Shown piece after piece: positions 39,195 through 48,952 of a stretch of 64,000 bases of DNA (position 1 is the first letter of the stretch; each line of letters opens with the position of its first letter). This DNA is from an uncultured archaeon. Its GTDB lineage: Archaea > Thermoproteota > Nitrososphaeria > Nitrososphaerales > Gagatemarchaeaceae. The stretch lies in the NCBI GenBank assembly GCA_963817525.1, contig CAWFOU010000007.1:640001-704000 (forward strand). The letters run 5' to 3'. The notes beneath the pieces were generated by a model. It was not told where the DNA came from, did no database searches, and was given only the letters and a program-made list of their open reading frames with translations. The position numbers and the translations under genes were made by a program.

Positions 39195-40298
39195 TCAACT
39201 GACCGCCGCCTGCCTAGGCCACACGCCCATTATGTCGAACCTCTCGCACCTGAGAGGCGTCCCCATCGACTCTGAGAATGACGGGGAGACGGCCTCGCCC
39301 GAGACCAGCCTCTTCACCGGGAGGCCTCCGTCCAGCTTGATCTCGGCAGTAATCTTCTTCCCGCGAGCGCTGGCCTTCACGAAGTAGACCTTCTTGTCGA
39401 CCAGCCTCCCCTTGTTGTTCCTGTATTGCACAGTGGCGTTCCTCATCCCCCTCTGGAGCCTCTTGACGTCTTCCGCCGAGGCAGGCCGGTCCGAGCTTAT
39501 CACGGCCAGGGTCTTGAAGACGAACGCGGGGTGCTCCACCTTCTTGACGACGACGCGGATGCCCGACACCGACATCCCGCCCTCTCCCGTCCTGAGCCTA
39601 AGAGCCTTGGGAGGGTGCCGCGTCCGGGGGTTCTTCGACTCGATCACAATCGGCCGGCCCGGCGGGAAGACCGCGCTGTCGGAATCCTCGCTCCCGAACC
39701 ACGTGAACTTGAACTTCTTGGAGCCTAGGAGGGCCCCGAGCTTCTTGGAGACCAGCCCCTCGACGCTGGGAGAGGCCGAGTACCCGGTGCCCTGGCACTT
39801 CTCGCAGCCTCTGCCGTTGCAGTCCGCGCAAAAAAGCCGCCGCTGCGCGACCCCGCGCGGCTTCGTGTACCTGCCGTAGAGGAAGAGGGGCCTCGAAGTG
39901 ACTGCGACGCTCCCATCCCCCATGTCGACCAGGACGGTGGCGTCGGGGCGGAGCCTGTCGACCTTCCTTCCGCGCATCTGCTTCACGACCGCCTTCGCGA
40001 GCCGGCCGGCCAGTTCCGACTTTATCGTCTCGCCCCCTCTTATCTTGAGCTCTGACCTGAGCGTGTCCTCGCGCTCCTGGATTCCGTGCGGGAGCATCAG
40101 CCCGACCGAGAACGTCCTGAACTCGAACCTGCCCAGGCGGGAGACTATCCTCTCGGCGACCTCCCCGAGGTCTCCCGACATCCCCTCGCAGATGAAGCAG
40201 CCTTCCTCGTCTCCCGCGAGCGCGATGCCGGACTGTCTCGCCCCCTGCCTGTCGCGGCAGAACCCGCAAAGACGAAACTCTAGGAGCTTCTCAGCCAC
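39195..40298 (-). CDS. pus10: tRNA pseudouridine(54/55) synthase Pus10
   Basis: GRYTKPRGVAQ, GSED.D, GRP.VIE.KNP, GGLPVKRLVSG..V.PS. Confidence 0.85.
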   Translation of the reverse strand: MAEKLLEFRLCGFCRDRQGARQSGIALAGDEEGCFICEGMSGDLGEVAERIVSRLGRFEFRTFSVGLMLPHGIQEREDTLRSELKIRGGETIKSELAGRLAKAVVKQMRGRKVDRLRPDATVLVDMGDGSVAVTSRPLFLYGRYTKPRGVAQRRLFCADCNGRGCEKCQGTGYSASPSVEGLVSKKLGALLGSKKFKFTWFGSEDSDSAVFPPGRPIVIESKNPRTRHPPKALRLRTGEGGMSVSGIRVVVKKVEHPAFVFKTLAVISSDRPASAEDVKRLQRGMRNATVQYRNNKGRLVDKKVYFVKASARGKKITAEIKLDGGLPVKRLVSGEAVSPSFSESMGTPLRCERFDIMGVWPRQAAVS

Positions 40299-41628
40299 CC
40301 GGAACCTGGCCTCCAGCTCTCCTAAGGAACTGCCTCATCTCCCGGCCCTTGCCAGACTTCATCATGCTCTTCGTCTGCCTATACCTGGCGATGAGCTCCC
40401 TCACGTCCTTCTCGGTCCTGCCTGAGCCCTGGGCTATCCGCTTGACCCGCGGCGCGTTCAGCTTCTCCGGCGCCGCCTTCTCCTCAGCGGTCATCGCCTG
40501 GATGATGGGCTTCCACGCCTTCATGTTCTTCTCGGCCTTCTCCAGGTCCTCGCTCTTCATGTTCCCCGAGACGCCGGGTATCAAGTCGAGTATCTTCTTC
40601 AGCGAACCCATCTTGTTCACCTGCTCGAACTGGAACAGGAAGTCGTCCATCGTGAGCCTGCCGGTCACCATGCGCTGGACCCTCTTCTCGTCCATCTCGC
40701 CGTCGACCTGCTTCGCCATATCGAGGAGCGCCTTGAGGTCGCCCATCCCCAGGAGCCTGCCTACGAAGCGGGTCGCCGAGAACTCCTCGAGGTCGTCGAC
40801 CCTCTCCCCCGTCCCGATGAAGAACACCTTGGCTCCCGTCGCGCCTACGGCTGCGAGGGCGCCTCCCCCCTTCGCAGCGCCGTCGAGCTTCGTGACCACG
40901 ATCCCTCCCACGGGAGACGCCTTGTGGAAGGCCGCCGCCTGGTTGAACGCCTGCTGCCCGATCGTCCCGTCGACCACCAGGAGGTTGATGTCGGGCTTGA
41001 CCTTGGAGTAGATCTTGCTCATCTCGTCGAGCAGGCTCTGCTCCTCCTTGTGCCTCCCCGCCGTGTCGATGATTATGAGGTTCTTGCCGGCCTGCTCGAA
41101 GAAGCGCTTGCCCGCCTCCGCCACCTTCACCGAGTCCTTCTCCTTCTCGTCGGCGTAGATGTCGACTCCCACCACCCCTGCGATGGTCCTCAGCTGGGTC
41201 ACCGCTCCCGGCCTGAAGGTGTCCGCCGCGACCACCCCCACCTTGAAGCTCCTCTTCGCGTAGAACCTCGCCAGCTTCCCCACGGTGGTTGTCTTCCCGG
41301 AGCCCTGGATGCCGAGCATCACGACGACGCTGAGCTTGGTCCTGTCGAGCTTGAGCTCCTGGTCACCGCCGAGCAGCTTGTCGAGCTCGTCGTAGAGGAT
41401 CTTCACGATTTGGTTCTTCCTGGCCAATCCCGGGGGAGGCTTCTCTTCCATCGCCCTCCTCTGGACGCTCTCGGTGACGCTCAGGACGAGCTTCACGTTG
41501 ACGTCCGCCTGTATGAGGGCTCGCTGGAGGTCGCGGACGAACTCCTTGATCGCGGCCTCGTCGACTATGTCATTGCCCAGGAGCTTCTTGACGGCGTTCT
41601 GCAGGCCGCTCCTCAACGAATCGAGCAT
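40291..41628 (-). CDS. srp54: Signal recognition particle protein SRP54
   Basis: GIQGSGKTTT, DTFRPGA, DTAGRH, TKLDG, M domain. Confidence 0.95.
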   Translation of the reverse strand: MLDSLRSGLQNAVKKLLGNDIVDEAAIKEFVRDLQRALIQADVNVKLVLSVTESVQRRAMEEKPPPGLARKNQIVKILYDELDKLLGGDQELKLDRTKLSVVVMLGIQGSGKTTTVGKLARFYAKRSFKVGVVAADTFRPGAVTQLRTIAGVVGVDIYADEKEKDSVKVAEAGKRFFEQAGKNLIIIDTAGRHKEEQSLLDEMSKIYSKVKPDINLLVVDGTIGQQAFNQAAAFHKASPVGGIVVTKLDGAAKGGGALAAVGATGAKVFFIGTGERVDDLEEFSATRFVGRLLGMGDLKALLDMAKQVDGEMDEKRVQRMVTGRLTMDDFLFQFEQVNKMGSLKKILDLIPGVSGNMKSEDLEKAEKNMKAWKPIIQAMTAEEKAAPEKLNAPRVKRIAQGSGRTEKDVRELIARYRQTKSMMKSGKGREMRQFLRRAGGQVPGG

Positions 41629-41794
41629 AGGCTGTCCGTCTGCCGCGACCACGGGTTGCTTAAAAGATTGAGAACGTGATCTTTCGACTAGGACCTTCTC
41701 AGACTGCTTGTACGACGACGTCTCATATTGCTCGAGGTTCGTGATTTAGGCCATTCGTTGAGGCCCCACAACGGATTTATCGTCGCGGCCGATC

Positions 41795-43738
41795 ATGCCC
41801 GATGAGCTGCAAATGAAGCAAGAAAGGAGACTCGCCGCGATCATGTTTACTGACATGGTCGGATACACCACCCTAGCGCAGCGCAACGAGTCCCTGTCTC
41901 TGCAGCTCGTAGAAGAGCAACGGGGCCTCGTAAGGCCCGTCCTGAAGCGCCACGGCGGCAGGGAGGTAAAGACGATCGGCGACGCATTTCTCGTGGAGTT
42001 CGTCAGCGCGCTAGAGGCGCTGAGGTGCGCGACGGAGATTCAGGAAGCCATCGCCAGAAGGAACGGGTCTTCGAATCGGGGTGTGACTATGATTCAGGTA
42101 AGGATAGGGATACATGTCGGTGAGGTGATCGAGGATGGCGGCGACGTGCTGGGCGACGCTGTCAACATTGCTGCGCGCATCGAACCTCTCGCCGACCCGG
42201 GAGGGATAAGCGTCAGCAAGCAGGTCGTGGACGCGATAGGCAACAAGCTGGACGTGACGGTCGTTAAGATGTCGCATGTCGACCTGAAGAACGTCAAGAC
42301 CCCGATAGAGATATACAAGGTCCTTCCTCCGCGGAGCCCTGAAGGGGCGAAGCAGATGTCCGCAAGCCTGAGGAAGAGGGTCGCGGTCCTTCCATTCGAC
42401 AATTTCAGCCCCAACTCAGGGGATGAGTACTTCGCCGACGGACTCACGGAAGAGCTCATAGGGACGCTCTCGAAGATAAGGGAGCTCAGCGTCATCTCGA
42501 GGACCTCTGTGATGCAGTACAAAGGACGCCCGAAGCAGATGTCTGAGATAGGGAAGGAGCTCAATGCAGGCACGATCCTCGAAGGGAGCGTGAGGAAGGC
42601 CGGCGACAGGGCAAGGGTCAGCATCCAGATGATTGACGCTACCCAAGACAAGCATGTCTGGGCGGAGAGCTACGACAGAGAATTGCGGGACATCTTCGCC
42701 GTGCAGAGCGACATCGCTGAGAAGGTCGCGCAGGCCCTCAAGGTGGAGCTTCTCGCTGAGGAGAGGGATGTGATAGGGGAGGCACCGACCAAGAGCCCTG
42801 AGGCGAACCTCCTTTTCCTGAAGGGGATCCACGAGGCGGACAATGGGTCCCCTTCGGACGTGATGAGGGGCATCGAGTACTTCGAGCTCGCTGTGAAGCG
42901 TGACCCAGAGTTCGCCCTATGCTACGCAATCCTCTCCGCCCACTATGTCGGGATAGCGGGTGAGGCGATGGCCGCGGGGGAGGCTTTCACGAAAGCGAGG
43001 AGGAACCTTGAGCGTGCCCTAGAGCTCAAGCCCAAGCTCGCCGAGGCTCACAACGCAAAGGGATGGTTCGCCTTCCAACACGACTGGGATTGGGACGAGG
43101 CGGAGAGAAGTTTCGAAATGGCACTCGAGCTAAACCCCAGTCTTGCGTACGCCCACGACTGGTATGGGAGGATGCTCTCGTCTCTCGGGCGGTTCGACGA
43201 TGCCATCTCCCAGATGCGACAGGCGTACGAGCTCGACCCGGCGTCCCCGTGGATAATGGTGCGCTTCGCACTGGTGAACTGGATGGCAGGGAAGAACGAT
43301 GACGCGAGGATGATGTTCAGCAAGGCCCTCGAAGAAAATCCCAGGTTCGCTCGAGCAAGGCTGGGGCTTGGGTTCGTAAGCGCCATCGAGGGGAAGAAGG
43401 ACGATGCGATAGGCCACGCGGACGAGGCCGTCGGGATAGCGAGCGAGGCTTACTTCGTGGCCCAGCGTGCCCTGGTGCACGCGTGGGTGGGCTCGGGAAA
43501 GGCAAGAGAGATTCTGGAAGACCTCCACGCCGGGAGGTACAAGGGATATGCCGCCCCAGGCTGGCTTGCGCACATCCACTACGCTCTTGGGGACAAGGAC
43601 GAGGGGTATGAACTGGCCCGACGGTCTCATGACGAGCGCGACCCAACGATACCCTGGTCGAACAAGTGGCCGATACTCGTTCGGGCGAGAGAGGATCCGA
43701 GATACATGGCACTCTTGCACGAGATGAGGCTTCCTTGA
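41795..43738 (+). CDS. Class III adenylate/guanylate cyclase with TolB-like and TPR domains
   Basis: RRLAAIMFTDMVGYT, KTIGDA, GDAVNIAAR, VAVLPFDN, YFADGLTEELI, TPR repeats. Confidence 0.9.
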   Translation: MPDELQMKQERRLAAIMFTDMVGYTTLAQRNESLSLQLVEEQRGLVRPVLKRHGGREVKTIGDAFLVEFVSALEALRCATEIQEAIARRNGSSNRGVTMIQVRIGIHVGEVIEDGGDVLGDAVNIAARIEPLADPGGISVSKQVVDAIGNKLDVTVVKMSHVDLKNVKTPIEIYKVLPPRSPEGAKQMSASLRKRVAVLPFDNFSPNSGDEYFADGLTEELIGTLSKIRELSVISRTSVMQYKGRPKQMSEIGKELNAGTILEGSVRKAGDRARVSIQMIDATQDKHVWAESYDRELRDIFAVQSDIAEKVAQALKVELLAEERDVIGEAPTKSPEANLLFLKGIHEADNGSPSDVMRGIEYFELAVKRDPEFALCYAILSAHYVGIAGEAMAAGEAFTKARRNLERALELKPKLAEAHNAKGWFAFQHDWDWDEAERSFEMALELNPSLAYAHDWYGRMLSSLGRFDDAISQMRQAYELDPASPWIMVRFALVNWMAGKNDDARMMFSKALEENPRFARARLGLGFVSAIEGKKDDAIGHADEAVGIASEAYFVAQRALVHAWVGSGKAREILEDLHAGRYKGYAAPGWLAHIHYALGDKDEGYELARRSHDERDPTIPWSNKWPILVRAREDPRYMALLHEMRLP

Positions 43739-43769
43739 TGCCTGCGGCGATTCCAATGGTCTGCCATAG

Positions 43770-44456
43770 TTGAAGGTCGGGGTCCTCTTCTCAGGTGGGA
43801 AGGACAGCACCTACGCAGCATACCTCGCGAGGCGCAACGGCGACGAGTTGTGCTGCCTGATTACCCTCTCCCCCCTGAGGTCTGACTCGTACATGTTCCA
43901 CTACCCGAACGTACGGTGGACGGCCCTTCAGGCCGAGGCGATGCACCTCCCCCAAGTCACCCTGGAGACGGAGGGGGTGAAGGAGGAGGAGCTCGCCGAC
44001 CTCAGCAAGGCGATAGAGCTCGCGAAGCGTGACCATTCGATCGAGGGGGTTTACACGGGGGCCCTCGCAAGCGTGTATCAAAAGTCCAGGGTGGAGAGGA
44101 TATGCGACGAGCTCGACGTGAAAGCGGTCTCGCCCCTCTGGCACATCGATCCCATAGCCCACCTGAGGAACATAGTCGCGAGCGGGTTCGAGGTGATCAT
44201 GACTGGCGTGGCGGCGCTCGGGCTCGACGAAAGCTGGCTGGGGAGGGCGCTGGACGAGGGCGCGATACGTGACCTGGCGAGGCTCCAAGAGAGGTACGGC
44301 GTCAACCCGGGGCTGGAGGGAGGGGAGGGCGAGACGTTCGTCTTGGACTGCCCCCTCTTCGCTCAAAGGGTAGCCGTGGCCTCCTCGAAGAAGCACTGGC
44401 ATGGGGACGCAGGATACCTCGAGATACTAGACGCGCGGCTGGCCGTGAAGGGCTAG
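43770..44456 (+). CDS. dph6: Diphthine--ammonia ligase (Dph6)
   Basis: FSGGKDS, SYMFH, GEGETFVLD.P.F. Confidence 0.9.
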   Translation: MKVGVLFSGGKDSTYAAYLARRNGDELCCLITLSPLRSDSYMFHYPNVRWTALQAEAMHLPQVTLETEGVKEEELADLSKAIELAKRDHSIEGVYTGALASVYQKSRVERICDELDVKAVSPLWHIDPIAHLRNIVASGFEVIMTGVAALGLDESWLGRALDEGAIRDLARLQERYGVNPGLEGGEGETFVLDCPLFAQRVAVASSKKHWHGDAGYLEILDARLAVKG

Positions 44457-44598
44457 CGGCGTTCGAGACTAGCTCTATCGGTATTGGATCTCGTCAGTGG
44501 ACGTTCCTCAGACGGCTCTTCCGTTGACCTCATCTAGAGCTAGCCTTCGCTCGGCGACATCCCCGACTAATAACGATATGACCTTGTGCGAGACTAGG

Positions 44599-45000
44599 CT
44601 AGCCCGTGCCCTTAATCCGCATTACCTTGCTCCTCCCCATGACCGCCCAGACCTCCACCTCGACCCCGGGCTGCATCTTCCCCTGGAATTCCGGCTCGGT
44701 CGGCGTCGTGCTCTCAGTGACCTCGAAGGACTGCAGGTCCATGAGCTGGACGCTGGTCGGCGTCGCGGAGATCACCTGCGCGGCCCTCTTGTCGATCATG
44801 GGCACCTCGATGTGGGTGTCGACCGTCCCGATGACGGTCTTCTTGGAGCCGGTGAATATCGCAATACCCGTGAGCCTGACCTTCGCGCTCCCGTGCTTCC
44901 CCGGCTTGCTCTTCTCTACCTCGACCACCTTGCAGGGCTCTCCGTCGATGACGATGTAGCTGCCCTCCTTCAAGCTGCCAAGGTCGGCTGGTCTGCTCAA
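44599..45000 (-). CDS. eif5a: Translation factor aIF-5A
   Basis: Hypusine motif SKPGKHGSAK. Confidence 0.95.
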   Translation of the reverse strand: MSRPADLGSLKEGSYIVIDGEPCKVVEVEKSKPGKHGSAKVRLTGIAIFTGSKKTVIGTVDTHIEVPMIDKRAAQVISATPTSVQLMDLQSFEVTESTTPTEPEFQGKMQPGVEVEVWAVMGRSKVMRIKGTG

Positions 45001-45251
45001 GCGCTCTGCGCACGACTTTTCGCGACTCGGTAATTAAGCCTTGAACCCCCCATTGAGTGCAAAACAGGGGCCGTCCGCCTCCGATTGAGCGCGACGCTCG
45101 CCCCTTCGAGCTATAGACTACCTAATCACACATTATTTATTACACGAGTCTTGGGGTGGGAAGCGTATTGCGAGGACGCAAGGAAAGTACTGCCAGAGGG
45201 GATGGCCGCGCCGACCCCGCCGGACGCCGCAGGCGCAGCGCATAGCCTGCC

Positions 45252-45779
45252 GTGACTAGTGACAGTGAAAGCCAGTTTTTGAACGAAAAGATCCACGTGC
45301 TAGACTCGACTGCCTTTTACGCGGGCATCCCTTTCCAGGGCGAAGGCAAGTACTTCACCACCTACCAGGTGCTCGACGAAGTGCGGGGAAGGGGCATAGG
45401 CGCCCAACTGATCCACTCGAGGGTGCAGGTGACGGAGCCCTCCAAGGAATCGGTGCAGAAGGTCAAGGAGGCCTCCACGAGGACGGGAGACCAAAAGTCC
45501 CTCTCGGAGGCGGACACCTCCATCCTCGCCGTCACGCTCGACCTCGTGAACTCCAGACGCGGCGAAGAGGTGGTCCTTGTGACCGACGACTTTGCGGTCA
45601 GGAACGTCGCCGAGGTGATAGGGATCAACCTCTCGGAGACCTCGATACGTGGCGAGTGGAAGAGGATAACATGGGTGACCTACTGCAAGGGGTGCGGCAA
45701 GGAGTACCTCGACCCGAAGCGCTCGGTGTGCGAGGTCTGCGGGACGAAGCTGTCCAGGAAGCCCAGGCCCTCCAACTGA
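45252..45779 (+). CDS. nob1: Nob1 PIN endonuclease
   Basis: VLDSTAF, LSEAD, TDDFAVRN, CKGC...CEVCG. Confidence 0.88.
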   Translation: MTSDSESQFLNEKIHVLDSTAFYAGIPFQGEGKYFTTYQVLDEVRGRGIGAQLIHSRVQVTEPSKESVQKVKEASTRTGDQKSLSEADTSILAVTLDLVNSRRGEEVVLVTDDFAVRNVAEVIGINLSETSIRGEWKRITWVTYCKGCGKEYLDPKRSVCEVCGTKLSRKPRPSN

Positions 45780-45826
45780 CCGACTCGCTCTTTTAATAAC
45801 GGGAGATTTTCTGGCCCAATTCTGTT

Positions 45827-45898
45827 GGGCTGGTAGTTCAGCGGTAGAATGCCTGCCTCGCACGCAGGAGGTCAGGGGTTCAAATCCCCTCCAGTCCA
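45827..45898 (+). tRNA. tRNA-Ala(CGC)
   Basis: Acceptor GGGCTGG/CCAGTCC with G3:U70, anticodon arm CCTGC-CTCGCAC-GCAGG, GGTTCAAATCC. Confidence 0.95.
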
Positions 45899-45933
45899 CA
45901 TATTCTCTCTGCTGGCAGTTGTATTGGCGCTAA

Positions 45934-46806
45934 TCATCGAATCTTGCAGATCTCGGGCATCTGTCTCTTGTGCTCCGAGGCCTTGTATTTCGCGAGGATG
46001 GCGTCGAGCTTCGGACGGCTAAGCTTCAACCTCGTAGCCACCGCCGATGTGGTGAGCCCCTCTTCGAGCTTGAGCTTGAACACCTGGTCGACGACGTCGT
46101 AGGTGCTGCCTATCTCGTCCTCGGCTATGTGCCCGGGCCAGAGCCTCGGGCTGCTGCGCTTCGCCACAATCCGCCTGTTTATTCCCAGCGCCTCCCCGAG
46201 CCTCCTCACCTCCGTCTTGTAGAGGTCGGCGATCGGGAGGATGTCGACCCCGCCGTCGCCGTACTTTGTGAAGTATCCGAGGAGGAGCTCCGATCGGTCC
46301 CCCGTGCCGACGACCAACCTGTTCGTCATGTTGGCATGGTAGTAGAGGAGGGACATCCTGATCCGCGCTCTGAGGTTCCCCTCGGCGAGCCGGTTGGACT
46401 CTAACGACTTCATGTACGCCTTGTGGATTGGGGCGACGTCGATCTCCTTCACCTCGATGCAGAGCTCGCTCGCGACGAGCTTCGCATCCCTGACGTCCTC
46501 GTCGGGGGTGGCCCTGAGGTCTGGCATTATCAGCCCCATGACCCGCCGGCTGCCAAGGGCCTCCACGCAAAGGTAGGCGGTGACGGCGGAGTCTATCCCC
46601 CCGCTGATGCCAAGGACCGCCCCCTCGGCCTGACTCTCCTCCACCTTCTTCTTGATGAAGGAGACGATCCTGCGCTTGACGGAGGAGTGGTCGAGCTCTG
46701 TGGCTAGCAAGGAGTCGTTCTCTGGCTGACGAAGTTGAAATAGTTTCTCTTTTTTTGGCTGGTTCTGTGGAGCCTCACAGGCCCGCGCCCGCTCCAAAGC
46801 CACCAT
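45934..46806 (-). CDS. nadE: NH3-dependent NAD+ synthetase
   Basis: GISGGIDS, GNLRARIRM, GYFTKYGDG; true start probably the TTG near 46710. Confidence 0.93.
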   Translation of the reverse strand: MVALERARACEAPQNQPKKEKLFQLRQPENDSLLATELDHSSVKRRIVSFIKKKVEESQAEGAVLGISGGIDSAVTAYLCVEALGSRRVMGLIMPDLRATPDEDVRDAKLVASELCIEVKEIDVAPIHKAYMKSLESNRLAEGNLRARIRMSLLYYHANMTNRLVVGTGDRSELLLGYFTKYGDGGVDILPIADLYKTEVRRLGEALGINRRIVAKRSSPRLWPGHIAEDEIGSTYDVVDQVFKLKLEEGLTTSAVATRLKLSRPKLDAILAKYKASEHKRQMPEICKIR

Positions 46807-46866
46807 CAGCAGAGCAATCTACCCAAAACGTCAAATGACTCCGACCCACTCTACACCAAGTGCCTC

Positions 46867-47514
46867 ATGAAGCCTCGCAACCATGCTTCCGCGGGTGCAA
46901 CCAGCTATCTGGCGGTGGCCTTGGTCGTAGCAGTCGCGGCCGTGGCCGCAATTGGGGTGTTCGAGCTTTCTCCGACCTCTTCGGCTAACACTTCATCCGC
47001 GACAAGCGTATCCAATATTGCCGCGGGGCCGTCATCGTCGGCTCAGAACACGACGGCTACTTCGTCTCCAGCTGACAATGACTTCAACAACAACCACCTG
47101 TCCGACTCTTGCGGGAACGCGGTGTTCCCGGTGCTCGGACAGCAAGAGAACGGGTCAATCTTCCTCAAGATCCTGACCGACCAAGGCTCGCTTGTCACAA
47201 ACGGCTCGGTCCTAGTCACCCATTCGGTATCGGCAAACAGGACGACCTATTGTCTCCGCCTGGAACCAAACGCGAACGGGTTCGTCGAGCTTGCGAACGA
47301 CGGTCTCCCTCAGGCTGGCATTTACAACCTGACTTTTGCGGCGGGATACGACCAGGGACCGGGGACTTGGGCTTCTGTATATCTCTTCTCTGTCCAGCCG
47401 AACACGTCAATCTACGTCACCGTCTCGGTCCCTTCTAGGGATGCGCTGATAGTCACCTCGACGACAGGGAACAGCACCGTCGCCACAGTGACCACGACCG
47501 CGGTACCACAATGA
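46867..47514 (+). CDS. Membrane-anchored/secreted hypothetical protein
   Basis: N-terminal TM helix, S/T linker, sequons. Confidence 0.65.
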   Translation: MKPRNHASAGATSYLAVALVVAVAAVAAIGVFELSPTSSANTSSATSVSNIAAGPSSSAQNTTATSSPADNDFNNNHLSDSCGNAVFPVLGQQENGSIFLKILTDQGSLVTNGSVLVTHSVSANRTTYCLRLEPNANGFVELANDGLPQAGIYNLTFAAGYDQGPGTWASVYLFSVQPNTSIYVTVSVPSRDALIVTSTTGNSTVATVTTTAVPQ

Positions 47515-47632
47515 CGACGACGTTCGACCCCAAGAGTGATCTGACGCCCTAAAACTCCCTCTAATCCAGCCTCAATCTATCGGCGGATTCAGGCCTGAAA
47601 TAGTTTTTCTATGGGGAGACGACACACGGGAC

Positions 47633-48853
47633 ATGGCGAAGAGGGACCTCAGAGACCGGCTCTTCTGGCTGGCGAACGAGGCCGAGATCAAGGATGCCAA
47701 GACCACCGACATCTACTTCCTCAACACCAAGGAAATTCTGACGAAGAACCACATAGACTCGGAGGTCGTGATGGAGGTCTTCGCGCGAGACCTCCCTGAG
47801 GAAGGCACGTGGGGAGTCCTTACTGGCGTCTACGAGGTCGCGAAGCTCCTTGAGGGGCTGCCCGTCGACGTCTGGGCCTTCGACGAGGGGTCGATCTTCG
47901 TGGCCGACGGGAGGGGCGCCCTGTACGAGCCCGTGATGACCATCTCGGGGAGGTACAGGGACTTTGTCGAGTACGAGAACCCGATCCTTGGCCTTCTAGC
48001 GTCCTCGTCGAGCGTCTCCACGAAGGCGTCGAGATTCAGGGTCGCCGCAGGAGACAGGCAGGTCATTAGCTTCGGGACGAGGAGAGTGCACCCCGCGCTC
48101 GCCCCGCTCATCGAAAGGTGCTGCTACATCGCGGGCTTCGACGGGGTGTCCAACGTCCTCGGCGGCAGACTGCTGGGCGTGGAGCCGTCCGGCACCATGC
48201 CGCACGCGCTGGTACAGGTAGTCGGGGACCAGGAGAAGGCGTGGAGGCTCTTCGACGATACCATGCCAAAAGCCGTGAAGCGGACCGCCCTCGTCGACAC
48301 CTTCTGGGACGAGAAGACCGAGGCCATCAAGGCCTTCGAGACGCTCGGGAAGAACCTGTGGGGGGTCAGGATCGACACGCCGTCCTCCAGGAGGGGGAAC
48401 TTCAGGCAGATCATCGAGGAGGTAAGGTGGGAGCTGAAGATCAGGGGCGGCGGCGACGTCAAGATATTCGTCTCGGGTAGGCTGAGCGAGGAGGACGTGG
48501 TCCAGCTCAAGGACATCGTCGACGGGTTCGGGGTGGGGACGGCCGTCGCATACCCGCCGAGCATCGACTTTAGCGCCAAGATAGTGGAGGTCCGCGAGAA
48601 GGGCAAGACCTACCTCAGGGGCAAGAGGGGAGGGCTCGGCGGCAGGAAGGACGTCCACAGGTCGAAGGGTTTCAGGGACACTGTCGCCTTCCACGGCTCG
48701 GCTCCCCCCAAGGGGTCGAAGCAGATGCTGAAGCAGATAATCGACAAGGGCGAGCTGACGGCCGGCTTTCAGAGCATCGACTCGATTCGCGAGAGGGTCG
48801 CGAGGGAGCTCCGCGAGGTCACCCAGGCCCAGCCCTCGCTCGTCTGGGGTTAG
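47633..48853 (+). CDS. pncB: Nicotinate phosphoribosyltransferase
   Basis: TDIYF, SFGTRRVHP, GTMPHA, LVDTF, VRIDTP, FGVGT. Confidence 0.92.
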   Translation: MAKRDLRDRLFWLANEAEIKDAKTTDIYFLNTKEILTKNHIDSEVVMEVFARDLPEEGTWGVLTGVYEVAKLLEGLPVDVWAFDEGSIFVADGRGALYEPVMTISGRYRDFVEYENPILGLLASSSSVSTKASRFRVAAGDRQVISFGTRRVHPALAPLIERCCYIAGFDGVSNVLGGRLLGVEPSGTMPHALVQVVGDQEKAWRLFDDTMPKAVKRTALVDTFWDEKTEAIKAFETLGKNLWGVRIDTPSSRRGNFRQIIEEVRWELKIRGGGDVKIFVSGRLSEEDVVQLKDIVDGFGVGTAVAYPPSIDFSAKIVEVREKGKTYLRGKRGGLGGRKDVHRSKGFRDTVAFHGSAPPKGSKQMLKQIIDKGELTAGFQSIDSIRERVARELREVTQAQPSLVWG

Positions 48854-48857
48854 GCTC

Positions 48858-48940
48858 GGGGAGATGGTCGACGCGTGGCAGTTTCGTCTTCATCCTGACT
48901 CGCGTCAGTCGAGGTTGCCCGTCGAAGCACGCCACGCGTC
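48858..48940 (-). ncRNA. Candidate structured ncRNA (integration target)
   Basis: Closing stem GACGCGTGGC/GCCACGCGTC encloses two hairpins whose loops read GCAA and GCGA (GNRA) only on the minus strand. Confidence 0.5.
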
Positions 48941-48952
48941 CCTTGCCCTACG

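Noticed and set aside
44480-44580. RNase P RNA or C/D box sRNA (minus strand GAGGAACGTCC, CTGA)
   Set aside because: Too little space for RNase P and no 3' P4 strand; the C boxes are unconvincing.
48880-48910. Hammerhead ribozyme (minus strand CTGACGCGAGTC...GACGAAAC)
   Set aside because: Two extra nucleotides break the CUGANGA core, and a GNRA hairpin explains the sequence better.
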